63,307 bases of DNA, filler included, from Octopus bimaculoides (GCF_001194135.2; 4 parts of 4 records of this genome joined end to end with filler, not necessarily neighbours in it); one strand, 5' to 3'. Shown: positions 23,466 to 37,231, counted from the whole stretch's first letter. Program-made: numbers and translations. Notes: a model not told the origin generated them from the sequence alone.

Positions 23466-23639
23466 CCCCATGCATATATATGTATACACATACACGCACA
23501 CATATATATACACACATACATACTAGCTTAAAAGCCACACACCATGCAGACTTTTAAGCTAGCTCCTTTCAAGGGCTAATTGGGCCTGTAGCCCAAAACT
23601 AAAGAGAGCAATAATAATAAAGCATTTATTAGTTCCCTT

Positions 23640-23696
23640 CCAATATGGTATTACCCTACCAATATGGTATTATGCTATCAATATGGTGTTACTTTA
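23640..23696. repeat. 19-bp minisatellite x3 (CCAATATGGTATTACCCTA)
   Basis: Three consecutive imperfect units read directly. Confidence 0.8.
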
Positions 23697-24919
23697 TATT
23701 TAGTTTAAATGAAAAACTTGTAAGTTCACAAATATTTGGAGTTCATTTAAAATTTGAATTTTCAACTGTTAGCATATAACAAAACCTCATCCAGACCTGA
23801 TCCCAATTCTGGATATTCAAGAACCAAATGAAAGGCAGATTTTCAGTCCTGAGATCATCCTGATTCCAAAAAGATTATATGTCTATGTAGAGCAAATGTA
23901 GACTGAGATACATGGGTCCTGGATGGATGGCCAGAAAGAATTTCACATTTATTATTATAGAAGTCTAAAGGCAGACAAACACATGGAGGGCTGGTGAGTA
24001 TATTTACTTGGAGACAAAAATATCAAAATAAAGAATACAAAATAAACAAAAGGAGCCATGTAATAGTCTTTTCTTGACAGCTGTTTCAGGTGAACTGTGG
24101 CTTATGCCATAACCACTTTAAATTATTTAATAAAAACACATAAGGTCATAGGTGTATAAAGTAACAAATGTTCCTCTGGGTCCATGAAGGTAAATCATGT
24201 CAAGAAAAGGTTTTGTAGAACTTATGTTTGCACATAGAAATTATGTCAGAGATATGATTTGAAAGGGAAACAATAGGGAATCGTTCATAACTACATAATT
24301 GACAGGGTTGTCTATTTGATGTATATGGAGTTCTAAATCAAGCTATGGACCTGGTCAAGTCTTATTGTATGTCCTCAGCCTTGATATGGTGTATATGGGG
24401 AATAATGGAGGTAGATTGTTTCCTGGAAAGAGATCAGATATGCGTAACAACAGTACTTAAAAGCAATTGTGCTACCAATGTAAACCCTGACAGAGTGGGT
24501 CTAATAAGTTGTATTTTCTAAAAATAAGTAAGCAGCATAAAGGAAATAGGTTTAGAGCAATACAGCAAGTGAAAAATCAGTGCCCCCCCCAAAAAAAAAA
24601 GACATATTAACCCCAGCAAAGAAAAAATAGTGGGTACCACTTTAAAGGTACTGCTTAAAATGATACTGAAAGACAGCATCAAAGTGGGTCACAACAGATT
24701 ATGTCACCATCTTCTCTCTTCAATCAGTTGAATGATGGACAAAGACACTTTGAAGATCAAGCACTGTGGGGACCAAACTTATGATTCTTTCTTCAAAAAT
24801 GAAGATATTCAAATTTTGGTATATTCAACAGTCATATAGAACACATAATACAACCTAAATGAATATTTCTCAAAGGGTCATGATTTCTGTTTTATACTCC
24901 TTGGAGAGAAAGATTATAA

Positions 24920-25200
24920 CTTGTCTTGAGTCTGGTTAAAATCCCAACACTGAAGTAATTTTACTTGTTGGCACCATCCCTTTGAATCACATTGCGCACA
25001 TCTTGGATGCTGCTCATTCTACACAAAAATGCATCCTAAATCACTTCCTCTAAATTGGTTACCTAACCAATTGATAGGAAGTCGTTCCCTAACACACAGA
25101 TATGTTGTATTCTCACTCTGGCTTTTCTTCACTGCCTCTTCTAGCCCTCCCCACCTCTGTTCCTCGTATGCTCATTTTGTTTTCTTGCACCTGTTAACAT
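24920..25200 (+). mobile_element. Very old CR1/L2/Jockey-like LINE 3' relic
   Basis: Residual IPTLK, HILDAA and SLTHRYVVFSLWLFF, resembling RPTLEY..HIW and SLxHRRxVxSLxLFY; many stops. Confidence 0.3.
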
Positions 25201-25685
25201 TGAGCTTTTGCAAACAGCATCAACATTATCTAAAGCCATTGCTGAGATTTCCAAAAGCCTGGAGATATTTGCTAGTAAATTCACTTAGTATGAAGAGTCT
25301 CAAGTTTAGTCCCCACTATCCTTGGTCATAAAAAGCTTTTGTATCAATGGCTCAACTATGCTGAATCAATGGAGAGTCTATTCAATTGCAGAGAGAAGCT
25401 GATTTTGAAATCAGTTGCATCCTCTCAGAAGATAAGAAGTAATGACATGGCTTTTGGTAGGATTTGATACTGCAAAGCATCATGTCCAATACTTTAACAA
25501 TTTTGCCTCTCTGACATTGTGAAATAGATCTCAAATGGATAAATAAAAAGTTGATCTTGTGAGATTTGAACTAAGACAACTGAAAGCAGGAACAGATATT
25601 GTAGGGTAATCTATCTGATGTTCTTATGATTCCAACAATTCACCATTTATTGCATACATAGAGAGCTATATCAGTTGGTTTGTAT

Positions 25686-25962
25686 CAATGGTTCTCAACC
25701 AGGGTCCATAAGACCCTTGGAGGTCCATATAAAATTTTGTTGTTAAAATTTATGTGCCAGAAATTGGTTTATATCTGCAAGCAAAATATTTCAACAATTC
25801 TTTTATACAATTCCTAATATTTAATAATAAAGATATAATAGGACTTTTCGAACATTGAATGGCTAGGAGGATCCATTTGAGTAAAATAGGAATCAGAAGG
25901 GTCCATTTGAATAAAATAGGAGTCAAAAGGGTCCATAAGTAAAAAATGGTTGAGAACCACTG
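25686..25962. mobile_element. hAT-superfamily (Charlie-like) MITE, 277 bp
   Basis: TIRs CAATGGTTCTCAACC / GGTTGAGAACCACTG (14/15); 8-bp TSD GTTTGTAT / GTTTATAT; subterminal GGTCCAT repeats. Confidence 0.85.
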
Positions 25963-27179
25963 GTTTATATAATGTATGCTACATTATTTGATATGATAAT
26001 CAGTGTTTGTATATTATAAAAATTTTTAACAGAATGAATGTGTGATATATGAGTGGCTTGTGAAATAGGAGTATTAATGTTTATGTCTCTTTCAAACTCT
26101 TGATATTTATTCTTCTCATGGTAATTTAACTCAATTTCTTTCTTTTTTTATTTTATCTTATTTCATTGAAGCAACTCTTGCTGTTTCAGTTTATTCCTCA
26201 TCTTGAATTCCCATGGTTATCTTTAAATTGTAAATAAATATCAATATGGAATTTAGATTCAACAATTTAACTGGAAAATGGTGTAAAGCTTTACCAACCA
26301 AAAGCAGCTTCAGGTTTTTTGGGTTTTTTTAATAAAGATATACTTGAATTTAATCACTTCTATCATCATCATTTAATGTCTACTTTTCTATGCTAGCACA
26401 GGTCAGAGGGAATTTGTTGAGACATAATGTTCTACAACTGGATGCCCTCCCTGTCACCAACCCTTGCCTGTTTTCCCTTAGAAAAACATACACTCAACAA
26501 AAGATTGGAAATAAAAGATCTCTTGTTTGATAGTGATGCTTATCTATAACCATCATGTGATATTAAGACAAGACTACACACAAACAGAAATATGCACACA
26601 CAAATACGTACATATACATTTATATAACTCTACGAGGTGATTGGTATTAGGGAGGGCATCCAACCATTAAAACTATGCCAAAACAGACCAAGTAGCCTGG
26701 TGTAGCTTTCTACCTGGTTGGCTCCTGCCAAATCACCCAGTCTATACCAGCATGGAAGACATTAAATGATGATGATGGTGATGATAACAGACTTCTTCCA
26801 GTTTCTGTTTGCCAAATTCACACAGAAAGCTATTGTAGAAGGTACTTGCCACAGATGCCACACAGTGGGACTGAACTCAAAACAACATGGTTGAGAAGTA
26901 AGTTTCTTAACCACACAATCACACCAACATTTATAACTATGCCTGCACCTATCAGCCATGCCTATGCTATAATATTTATTCTGTATCAATTTTTATTTAC
27001 ATTTCATTTTTTGAATTATTTTTGAAACAAGTATTAATTTGTAACCTTCTATATGTTTTAGTTTTAAAATTCATTTACATTCTATACTAAAGAAATTATA
27101 AAAAGCATAAATGGAGCTTCTGTTTACAAGGAAAGGCACATCTTTTCTTCTTATTTTTGCTACATTTGAAGTATCTTTT

Positions 27180-27725
27180 CATTTTTTATTTGTTTCAGTC
27201 ATTTTACTGTGGCCATGCTGGGGCACTGCCTTGAAGAATTTATAGTTGAAAGAATCAATCCCTAGTACTTTTTTTAAAAGCCTGGTACTTATTCTATCGG
27301 TCTCTTTTCCTGAACCACTGGCTCATGGGGATGTAAACACACCAACATTGATTGTAAAGTAGTGATGGGGTACAAACACAGCCACAAGCACACACACACA
27401 CACACGTGCGTGCATGCACACACACACATGCACATGCACACACAAACTGTGTAGAAGAGTGTTGTACGTATATATATATATCTATATATTTATACAATAT
27501 ATATGTGTGTGTCTTTTTGCTTGTGTTTGTCCTCACACATAGGCACATATTGCTTGACAGCTGGTTTGCTTTGTTTGCACCTTCCTTCTAACTTAGCAGT
27601 TTGGCAAAAGAAATTGATAGAAGTATCTAAATTTAAAAAAAAAAGCACTGGGTTGATTTACTCAACTAACTCATGAAAGTGGTGCTCCAGCATGGTTACA
27701 GTCCAATGACTGAAACAAAGGAAAG
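27180..27725. mobile_element. Two family A SINE 3' halves in inverted orientation sharing a central microsatellite
   Basis: Antisense tail (ttgtttcagtcatt...gccatgctgg) at 27190 and sense tail (ccagcatgg...aatgactgaaacaa) at 27687-27718. Confidence 0.75.
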
Positions 27726-29994
27726 ATAAAACATAATTCAAAGCATCAACTTAGAAACTGTTCATTCAAACAATTATTTCTGAGGAAGAGATAATTTGTC
27801 TCAATTCTGTAACTGTTTTCCGGCTATTGTTCCAGCACTTGTTGATAACAATCAATGTCATGTTGTAGCTATAAGAGAAACATCTGTATATCACATGAAT
27901 GATCTATGCTAAAGATTGCAAATGATATTTATAAAGTGATTAAAGTAAAGACTTAATTTGCCAATCTACACTATAGCCTGATATTTTTACACTATTTTTT
28001 GAAATAAAATGTGGCTTATCTCTTCTTGGATAGGTTGATAAATTAATTATAAAGTGGTACCAACTTCATATTTAAGAAGAAAGTGGAGGTGGGTTTGATT
28101 ATTTTCAATGTGTATAACATTAGGAATAACCAAAGTTGTATTTAATGAATTGTTTATTGAAAATGTTAATGTTACTTAACATTACATTTTGGCTGAACAC
28201 ACAAGGGAGTTAACTTGAAACATTTTACTCTTGTTAGGCCTCATCAGGAACAGTGTGACATTGATCTTTGTTAACTGACACTATAGTAAACAGCTTGCAA
28301 TTAGAAAGTTTGTAACAATGATCAAGTGTGTATTATATTTATTCATGCATAATGATTTTTCTCAAATTTTTAAACTTTTAAATCTGAAAATCTTTTGTGC
28401 ACTTTATACAGCAGAACTGAATGTTACCCATTCTTCCAGCTGTAAGTGTGCAACCATATTTAGGATAGCATAAGTTATACCTGACGTCCAAGCTAGCTGG
28501 TGTGTAATAAAGTGTTTAAATCACTATAATGATTGTTTCTAACATGGATCTAAGGCCTGGAATTTGCGGTTTGTGGTCAGTCAGTATATCAGCACCAGTG
28601 CTTCATTCTATCTTTTTTTTTTATTGACCTTCGTCTGAAACAATGAAAGACAAATCTGCACTATAATAATTTCTTTATTCTAATGTTTGGTACAAAGCCA
28701 GAAATTTAATAATGAATGGGAGCAACAAATTGAAGAATTATTCTTAGTCTTTGTTTAAATGCATAGTTCAAATTATACTGCCTATACTGCTATAAGTACA
28801 TAAATCTTCAAAAGTTTTGTTTGTGTGTTCAGTGAACTACTCTTATAGGTAATAACATGAAAGTGTTCGAGTTTTTCTTAATCAATCCAGATTACATTTA
28901 ATATGTATGTGATGTATAATGTTAAATACATTAAAATTGTTTAATACACAAATACAATTTATATAAAAATATCTCCTATTGTTTTATCAACAAATTTTTA
29001 ACATTATATTGAATTATATATATTGCATAATTAAGTGGTTGTTAAAAAACTAACTAACACTTGCCAGATCCTAAATGTATGATATTCAAAAAAATAAAAA
29101 TTCAAGAACATATATAACAAAAAACTTGTGTCTAGTTTGATCTGTTTTAAATAATCCTCATTTAAACATTTACATCTCTTGTCATGTACTAAAGTTAAAT
29201 ACATATGATGCTATTATCAAATGAAAATATAATTGTGTTGACTTAAAACAACAGGTGCACTTTTTTACAGCTAACATAAGTAAAGTTCCAAAGTAACAGT
29301 TTACAAAAAATTACAAAATGTAGTTATTCCTTTGGAGGTGTTTGGAAAGGAAATGTATGAACACAGTAATCCTAAGACGGTTTGAAAAAAACAGAAAAGA
29401 AAATTTAAGAAATAAAAGAATTTAAATCATAAAAAAAATTTTAAATGTAAAAAGTAAAATAGCTATAGGTCAGTGCTTAATTTACTTATTTTGAAGCATT
29501 TGATTAATTGTTTTGGTAATTCAGGTAAACCAAATTATTATTGTCATAATATTTCTTCTGCATTCTTTATTATTTGTTGTTTCTTTGTTAATCACATTGC
29601 TTTCCTCAAATATAGCATTAAACAAAAGTCAGTGCTTATTATACATGAGATATATTTTTTCCATAATTTCTTAGCCTATAAAATAGCAGTGTGCATTATA
29701 TAAATGTATATTTCATATGAGTAAATACAATAATCACTAATTTAAACATAAAGGATATTTAAAAGGCATATTTAAAAAGTAGAAAGATGTTTCTTGGGTA
29801 TAATGGGAATCCCTTACTGGGCAGTTAGTGCAAGGGAGAGAATCATTTCTTCACAATTTAGCAGGCTTAAAAGTCTGAATTCGAAATAAAGGAATAATGG
29901 ATAGGATGCTTAGAATATATGTATTTGATATTCTTTATTGCTTATTTGTTATATAGGTCTTAAATTTCTAGCCTTAGGTAATCATATTCATATA

Positions 29995-30052
<58 letters not shown>

Positions 30053-30063
30053 TATACACATAT

Positions 30064-30095
<32 letters not shown>

Positions 30096-30179
30096 TGGAG
30101 AGAAAGAGAGAGAGAGAGATACATACATACATGCATGCATGCATGCATACATTCCACTCTTTGTTCTTTCATTCCCCCT

Positions 30180-30800
30180 CTCTCACATTTTCTTGCCTTC
30201 TCTTCTTGCTCACTTTCCCGCCACATTTCACTTCACTGTGTCCCTGTAATTTTGTCTCACCTCTCCTTAATTCTTCTGTCCCTCTGTCTATGCCACTCTC
30301 TCTGCTCTTCCCATGTGACCGGCGTTCGGCCAAGCCTGATCTTTCTTTCTTCGCTGACCATTGTCCATGCAACATCTATATTCTTCCCTGGGCCTGTGAA
30401 ATCTTGTATCCCTGCCGTAAGGCTTTATTTCCACACATGCCAGCTTAATTTAATTCATCCTTAGTCAAAAGACACCTGTTGTTATGTCCTGTTATTATTT
30501 TTATTGTAACATTGTCGGTTTTTTTCTGTCCTTGTTTTTGTATACATTTGCTCCTTTCTTCCAAAGAATCTAATGCTCTTAGCTTAGTTTTTCCTTGGGG
30601 CTGGCCAGATTGGATCAATCTTGAGTATAATCAGCTGAAATTGCGAAGATAATCTGGTATTCGACTGAGGAAAGAAAACTTTGAATATCCCGTCCTTGTT
30701 TTCTTTGTATCATCTATCTGGATGTTTTGTTGTCCCATTTTTGCACCACCTAACTGTCTGGAAGTTTTGCGTTCTTGTCCCATTTTGTATTTTATACATA
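30180..30800 (+). mobile_element. Unclassified interspersed repeat, younger than its surroundings
   Basis: Pyrimidine-rich unit that retains about 10 CpGs inside a CpG-depleted domain; no coding frame. Confidence 0.35.
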
Positions 30801-31614
30801 CATACATACATATGTATGTGTCTTTGTGTTTGTCTCCTGCTGCTTGACAACTGGTGTTAGCTAGTTTTAGCTCTCATAACATAATGGTTTAGTAAAAAAG
30901 ACTAGTAGAACAAGGTACCAGATATAGAAATTTTGTACTGGGGTCAGTTTGTTTGTCAAAAACCCTTCAAAGTACTTTTCCAGCACGGTCACACTTCAAT
31001 TATTGAAACATGTAAAATATGAAGAAAACAAAGAGAAAAGATATAATCAAGTGAGAAGGCAGTGTCCATGACACTTAAGAGGGTTTCTGAGTTGAGTTGG
31101 AGGGAGGGAAAACAGTATCCTCAAACTGGAAGTTTGGCCTGAATTCTGGCAACAGAGAGGACCTTGTTGTAGGGACCCTAACTAATAGGTGGTGGTGTTA
31201 AGCTAGGAAACAGATTAAATCTACTGTCTAAGTAAGCTTTGATGAGATTTGAACTCAGACTGCAAAAAGCTGGAACAAAAACCACATTGTATTTGGTCAA
31301 ATGTTCTTGAAGTTCTAAATCTGTTTGTCCTGCATTAGAGCTTTTTCTTATCATCAGCCTTGTAGGATGAAAGGCGAAGTTAGCATTTGCAAGGTTTGAA
31401 CTCAGGGTGTAGAGATTTAGAACAAATAATGTGAGTTATGCTTCCCCATATTTTAATGACTACCATATCTTGCTTTCGTCACAGTAACTTGAGAAATGGT
31501 TGGTTGGTTGGTTGGTTGGTTAGTCCACATTACACCATAAAGAGCACAGGGCTGGTTTCCTGCTTTCTTTGGCTTATATATTCTCCACTGGATGGGACAA
31601 GATTACTCATTTTT

Positions 31615-31745
31615 ACCAGCTGAGTGGACTGGGGCAGCTTGAAATGTAGTGCTTTGCTCATGAACATAGTGCCATCATCTGGTCCAGGAATTGAAACCAC
31701 AATCTTACAATGATGAGTTGATCATCCTAACCACTAAACCATGTT
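31615..31745 (-). mobile_element. tRNA-derived SINE head, family F
   Basis: Aligns with 53055-53185 (gagtg.actgg.gca...ttttgctca.gaaca...ccactaa.cca). Confidence 0.55.
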
Positions 31746-32319
31746 GAAAAATAACACACTTGAAATTTCTTAGTCTTCTGTACTTTGTACTTGAGACACC
31801 TGAGTTTGATCCTAATAATAGGGGCCGGCCACTAGAGGGATAGCAAGATGAAATATGCATGGCTACCAAGCTGAAACAGGACATACATATTAACTGCTCT
31901 GTTTTTGCTTTTGTGCCAGCAGCAAAACAAGGCCTTACAAAACAAATCAAGAAGAATGAGATCCATTTGAAATTGAAGTGGACATAATTGACAATATTCC
32001 AACTTAACAGTCCTCTTGGATAGTTTGCTATTAACTGATTGCATACTAATGTGATGGGATGACCAATTAGCCAGTTCACAGTGTAAATTGGTGTTCTTCA
32101 TATATTACTTCCCCGCTACTCCCCTATAACTAAACAAGAGTAATAAATAGATGTATATTATCTGATTTATTGTTTACAACTCCAAGTTATTGCAACTGTG
32201 GTGAAGTGTAGGAGCATGTTTGTTTATACATGCTTACCTGTACATAAATACAAACACAAAGGATGGTTTACATTCAGTTAACATTGGTTGTACATGTGAT
32301 GAGACATATAATTGAATGA

Positions 32320-32531
32320 ACACACACATTCGTTCTTTCTTTCTTTTTTCTCACTTCCTTTCTTTCTTTCTCTCTTCCTTTCTATCTTTCTTTCTTCCTT
32401 CCTTCCTTTTTTTCTCTTTTGTTTTCTATCTTTTTTATTTCTGTCTTTCTTCCTTCCTTCCTTCCTTCCTATCTTTCTTTCTGCCTTCCTTTCTATCTTG
32501 TTTTCTATCTCTCTTTCTCTCTTTCTTTTTT

Positions 32532-32567
<36 letters not shown>

Positions 32568-33385
32568 TCATTCTTTCTATCTCTCTTTTCTCTTTCTTTC
32601 TGTCTGTCTCTCTGTCTGTCTGTTTGTCTCTCTCTCTCTCTCTCTCTCTTTCCTTTCTTTCTTTTTCTGTCTTTTCTTTCTTTCTTCTTTGTTTCCTTCC
32701 CCCTATCTCTCTCTCTTCTTTTCACATTTTCTTTCTTTCTCCTTCCTCCTTCTCTCATTCCCACTCTTGCATCTTTTCCATACTCTTTCCCTTATTATAC
32801 GTGCAGGCTTATTTTCATATGTCCGTTCATGTAAGCAGGCATGTAGCTGACTGTGTAGTTTTTGTGTGTATGTGTGTAAGTGCAGATATAGTACATGTGA
32901 GCAAAAGAGAAATAGAGAGAGAGAAAGAAATAGAAAGAGAGGAGAGAGGGCGAAAGCAAAACAGAGGAAGAGAAGCAATGTGACAGACAAAAAGATATAT
33001 AGAAACAGATACAATGTGAATGTATTTGTGAGAGAGAGAGAGGTAAAAGGAAAGAAAGGCAGAGAAAGAGAGAGAAAGAGAGAGAAACAGAGAGAGAAAG
33101 AGAGAGGCAGAGCCAGGTAAAGAGAAAGAGTGGCAGAGAGAGAGAGAGAGAGAGAGAGATAGATAGAGAGAAAAGACAGTGGTAGATGTATAAAGGGAGA
33201 AACAATGTGTATGTGAGGTAGAATGTGTGTGTAAATGAGAAAGAAAGAGGTAGACTGTATGCGTGTGTGTTTGTATCTGTGCTCGTGTGTTTGTGTGTTT
33301 GCATGCATTTATGGGTAATTTGCATGTATGCATACGTGAGAGAGAGAGAGAGAGAGAAAGAAAGAAAGAAAGAGAGAGATATATA
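32320..33385. repeat. (CTTT/CT)n polypyrimidine tract followed by (GA/GAAA)n polypurine tract
   Basis: Read directly; accounts for all ORFs at 32278-33418. Confidence 0.95.
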
Positions 33386-34174
33386 GACAGATAGAGAAAG
33401 AGACATTATACTATTCAAATCTTTACACCAGCCTCTTCCAATTTGTCAGTGTTTGGATTGGCCTAAAGAAACCATTTTTTCAATATTCATGTTACTTCTA
33501 ATTTCTTTATTCAAAATACTGCCTTAATGTGTATTTTCTCTGATTTATCTCCCCACACAGCTCCTTTCTCTATCAACCAACTGCTCACAATGTCCACGTT
33601 GTATTTATTATATTGACTAATCACATATCCACAACATTTCTCTCGCTGCAGACAACACATAAATCCTCTTATTTCTAGCCACATCTTATCTTACTTTGGT
33701 TTAAGCTATTCCTTAAATTCACATTACTCATCCGACCAATCGTATCACTTCTAATAGAATGATGACTGGGGAGAGGGGTTGAGATGGGGGATTCTCAGAG
33801 ACGCCTGCTGTATGAAAAACAATCAGTAAAGTGGGTGACAATATATTTAATGTGATAAACAAAAAAAAAAATAGTATTAAGTTGTTCAAATTACATCTAC
33901 TGTAAGGAGGAAAAAAAAAAGACATTGTCTGAATGGCTAGTTCTCATAAAGAATGCCAAGAGAGATAACTCTGGAATTTAAATTGATTAAAAATTGTTAT
34001 TGATTTAAAATTTAAGTTGATTAAAAAGAAAATACAATGAAGGTAAGAGCCTGATTTTGGACAATACAGTGATAATGCAAGAAAAATTTTAATTAATTAC
34101 CTTTCATTATCAAAGTCAAATCTAATTGTTACAACCAGATAACCAGATCTTAAGTGAATTTTAGTGTTTCTGGA

Positions 34175-34560
34175 ATGGCTGCATGGCTAAGAAGCTCACT
34201 TTGCAACCACATGAATTTAGGTTCAATTGCACTGCACAGCACCTGGAACAAGTAAGTGTTTTCTACTATAACCCCAGGTTGACCAATGCTTTGCAAGGGA
34301 ATTTGATAGACAGAAACTGCATTGTAGTCGGTCATGTGTGTATGTGTGTGTGCATGTGTGTATTTTTGTGTCTGTGTTTATTCCTAGCTCACTGCTTGAG
34401 AACTGTTGTTGGTTGGTTTACAACCTCATAAATTAGATGATCAGCAACAGAATATCCAGACTTAAAAATGTGTACTGGGTATGATGTTATCAATTAAAAT
34501 CCTTCAAGACAGTGCCAATGATGGCACAACAGTCCAATGACTGCAACAAGATTAAACTTT
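34175..34560 (+). mobile_element. Near full-length SINE family A, CpG-decayed
   Basis: Head ggctgcatggctaagaagctcactttgcaacc, CORE-like block, tail cagtccaatgactgcaacaag. Confidence 0.75.
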
Positions 34561-35769
34561 CAACCAGACATACCAATCTTATGAAGGAGCATGTGTTTGG
34601 AGACATGATATGCTAGAAATAACAGCCAATTCTTCATCAAATTGTCCCTAGGTTCTCAGCACATATGAAAAATACAGACAGGATGGTCCTTACTGAAATA
34701 CTTTCATTTATTGATCTGCCATATGTCTGCCTGATCAGGGCTGACCTAGGGCTAAACATCAGCAACAACAACAACAATAGCAATGCCACACTTAAATTCA
34801 CATTACACATCCTACTGATTATATCAGCCTATTGATTTAGTATTTTTTTTTTTGTAACAAAGTATTACATTTTCTGGGTTTTTTTTATGGTTTGCACATC
34901 ACCACAAAGTCTTCTTTTTGTCATGAATGAAAATCATTTGTTAATGTTAAAAACTGAAAAAAAAAAACGAAAGAAAAACAAGGGAATTTTTTTTAATTCC
35001 AAAATGTCTTCCAATTATTATGAACATAAGATCCTATTGTATCATTATTCAAGCGAACAGTGTTGAATAAATCACCAGAGTTGACAAATATTGCTAGTTC
35101 TTCAACTAAACATTGTAGTGACTTCAATACATACCTTATCATGTTGGTGATGATGGTGGTGGTTTTGGTGATGGTAGGGGTGGTAGTAGTGGTGGTGGTG
35201 GTGGTGGTGGTGGTAAGTAGTGGTGATGGTAGATAGTAGTAGTGGTGGTGTTAGTGTTGGCAGTCAAATTTTCTGGTCAAACCATTTTTTACTCATACTG
35301 CATGTAGAGCCATATTACCCAATACTCTTCTTTTATAAATTAGTAGATTTTAATTTGAGTAATATTTCCCAGCTATTTCTAGTAAGATGATCAATCATGA
35401 TTGAACTTTAGAATGTTTTACTAAGAGGAAATTACTAAATGTTATGGGAGGGAATTACCTAATAATGAGTGCCAGGGTAGATAACTAGTGTACTCAAGCT
35501 GGCAAAGATGCTTCTATGCAATTTTATGACATCGTAATCATTATCGTTTTGATGTACACCTTTCAGACAGAGTTTATTAAGACAGATTTTTATGGCTGGA
35601 TGCTCTTTCTACCATCAACCATTAATCGTTTCCGAGCAAGTTAATATTTCTCCATGACCAGCTATGTTTCCGCAAAATACTGGAAACGAATGGTTTTTCA
35701 GTTACAACAACTATGCGATGTCAAGACAAAGAAACACAAATGTATACACATGCAGAGTCACATCAACAC

Positions 35770-36215
35770 ATGTGGATGCACCCCCCCCCTCCCACATACA
35801 CACACTCACTCACACGACCGGCTTCTTTCAGTTTCTTATTCCTTTATTGCCCACAAGGGGCTAAACAAAGAGGGGACAAACAAGGACAGACAAAGGGATT
35901 AAGTCGATTACATCGACCTCAGCACGTAACTGGTACTTAATTTATCAACCAACCCCAAAAGGATGAAAGGCAAAGTCGACCTCAGTGGAATTTGAACTCA
36001 GAACGTAACGGCAGACCAAATACCGCTAAACATTTCGCCCGGCATGCTAATGTTTCTGCCAGCTTGCCACCCTTTCAGTTTCTGTTTAATAAATGCATTC
36101 ACAAAGCTTATGGTCGGTTGGGAGCTATAATAGAAGACACTTGCCCAAGGTGCCAAACAGTGGGACTGAACGTGAAACCATGTGGTTGGGAAACAAACTT
36201 CCAAACCACACAGCC
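35770..36215 (-). mobile_element. SINE family A 5' half interrupted by a full-length family B copy (35837-36071) with 12-bp TSD
   Basis: CTTTCAGTTTCT at 35825-35836 and 36072-36083 flanks the B element. Confidence 0.85.
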
Positions 36216-36996
36216 ACTATTAGTTTATCATATAAATGATAAATCAATAGCGAACATGATATGTCAGAAAAGAAGATAAAAATGGTCACAACTAGAAGAC
36301 TTAGAATAACTTCACAGAAAAATTTCTCTCATCACATGTGAATACCTTCAGAGAATGACAGAAGTCATGCCTCTGCATGAAACAGGCTTTAAACCCCTAT
36401 AACAGTAAGTGTTTTACAAAGTCTACTTAATATTTACACAAGTAATAATGGGCAACATGATTTACAAACAGACTGAAAAAATATACAAGTTTACAATAAC
36501 ATTGACATCAAAAACAGCAATGATATAAGCAGGAAGCAGTGTTGTTTCTCCCTTTTCAATATTACAGGTCTGCATAGAATACATTTATAAATAAATGCTT
36601 CACACTCACACACAAAAGAAAAATCTAAAAATTGTGCAATACAGTATAGTATAACATAACATTTAAAACATCTTTTTTAAACTAAAAAAAAAATATATTA
36701 TTATCAAACGCAATATTCAGACATTCATACAGTAATAATTCAAGAAACATTTTTACTTCCTGAATACACAATTCCCAGCTTTCCAAATTATATTCAAATC
36801 AAACTAGACAGACCCTTTCATCATAATAGTTTAATTACATATATAAATACATGTGTTCAATATTTAGATGTTATAAATGACATTCATGAACTAATAGGAA
36901 ATGACACTTTACTAGAAATGCAGGTTTCCAAAATAAAATGCCAATAATATGAAGCATTACTGTAATAGAGACATACAAACACATACATACATACAT

Positions 36997-37027
<31 letters not shown>

Positions 37028-37159
37028 TACATACATGCATGCAAACATCAATCTATCAATCAGTCTATCTATCTATCTATCTATCAGTTTGCATGTATGC
37101 ATGTATTTGTACAGTTAACAATTTCACCAAATGCGTAGATCAATCAATCGATCAATCAG

Positions 37160-37231
<72 letters not shown>

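Noticed and set aside
24070-24115. GAAACAGCTGTC hammerhead half on the minus strand (similar halves at 28215-28250, 30595-30640 and 60530-60545)
   Set aside because: No correctly placed CTGANGA with a paired stem II.
31705-32101. 124-aa and 89-aa minus ORFs
   Set aside because: Partly SINE-derived, no recognisable domain, only weak splice support.
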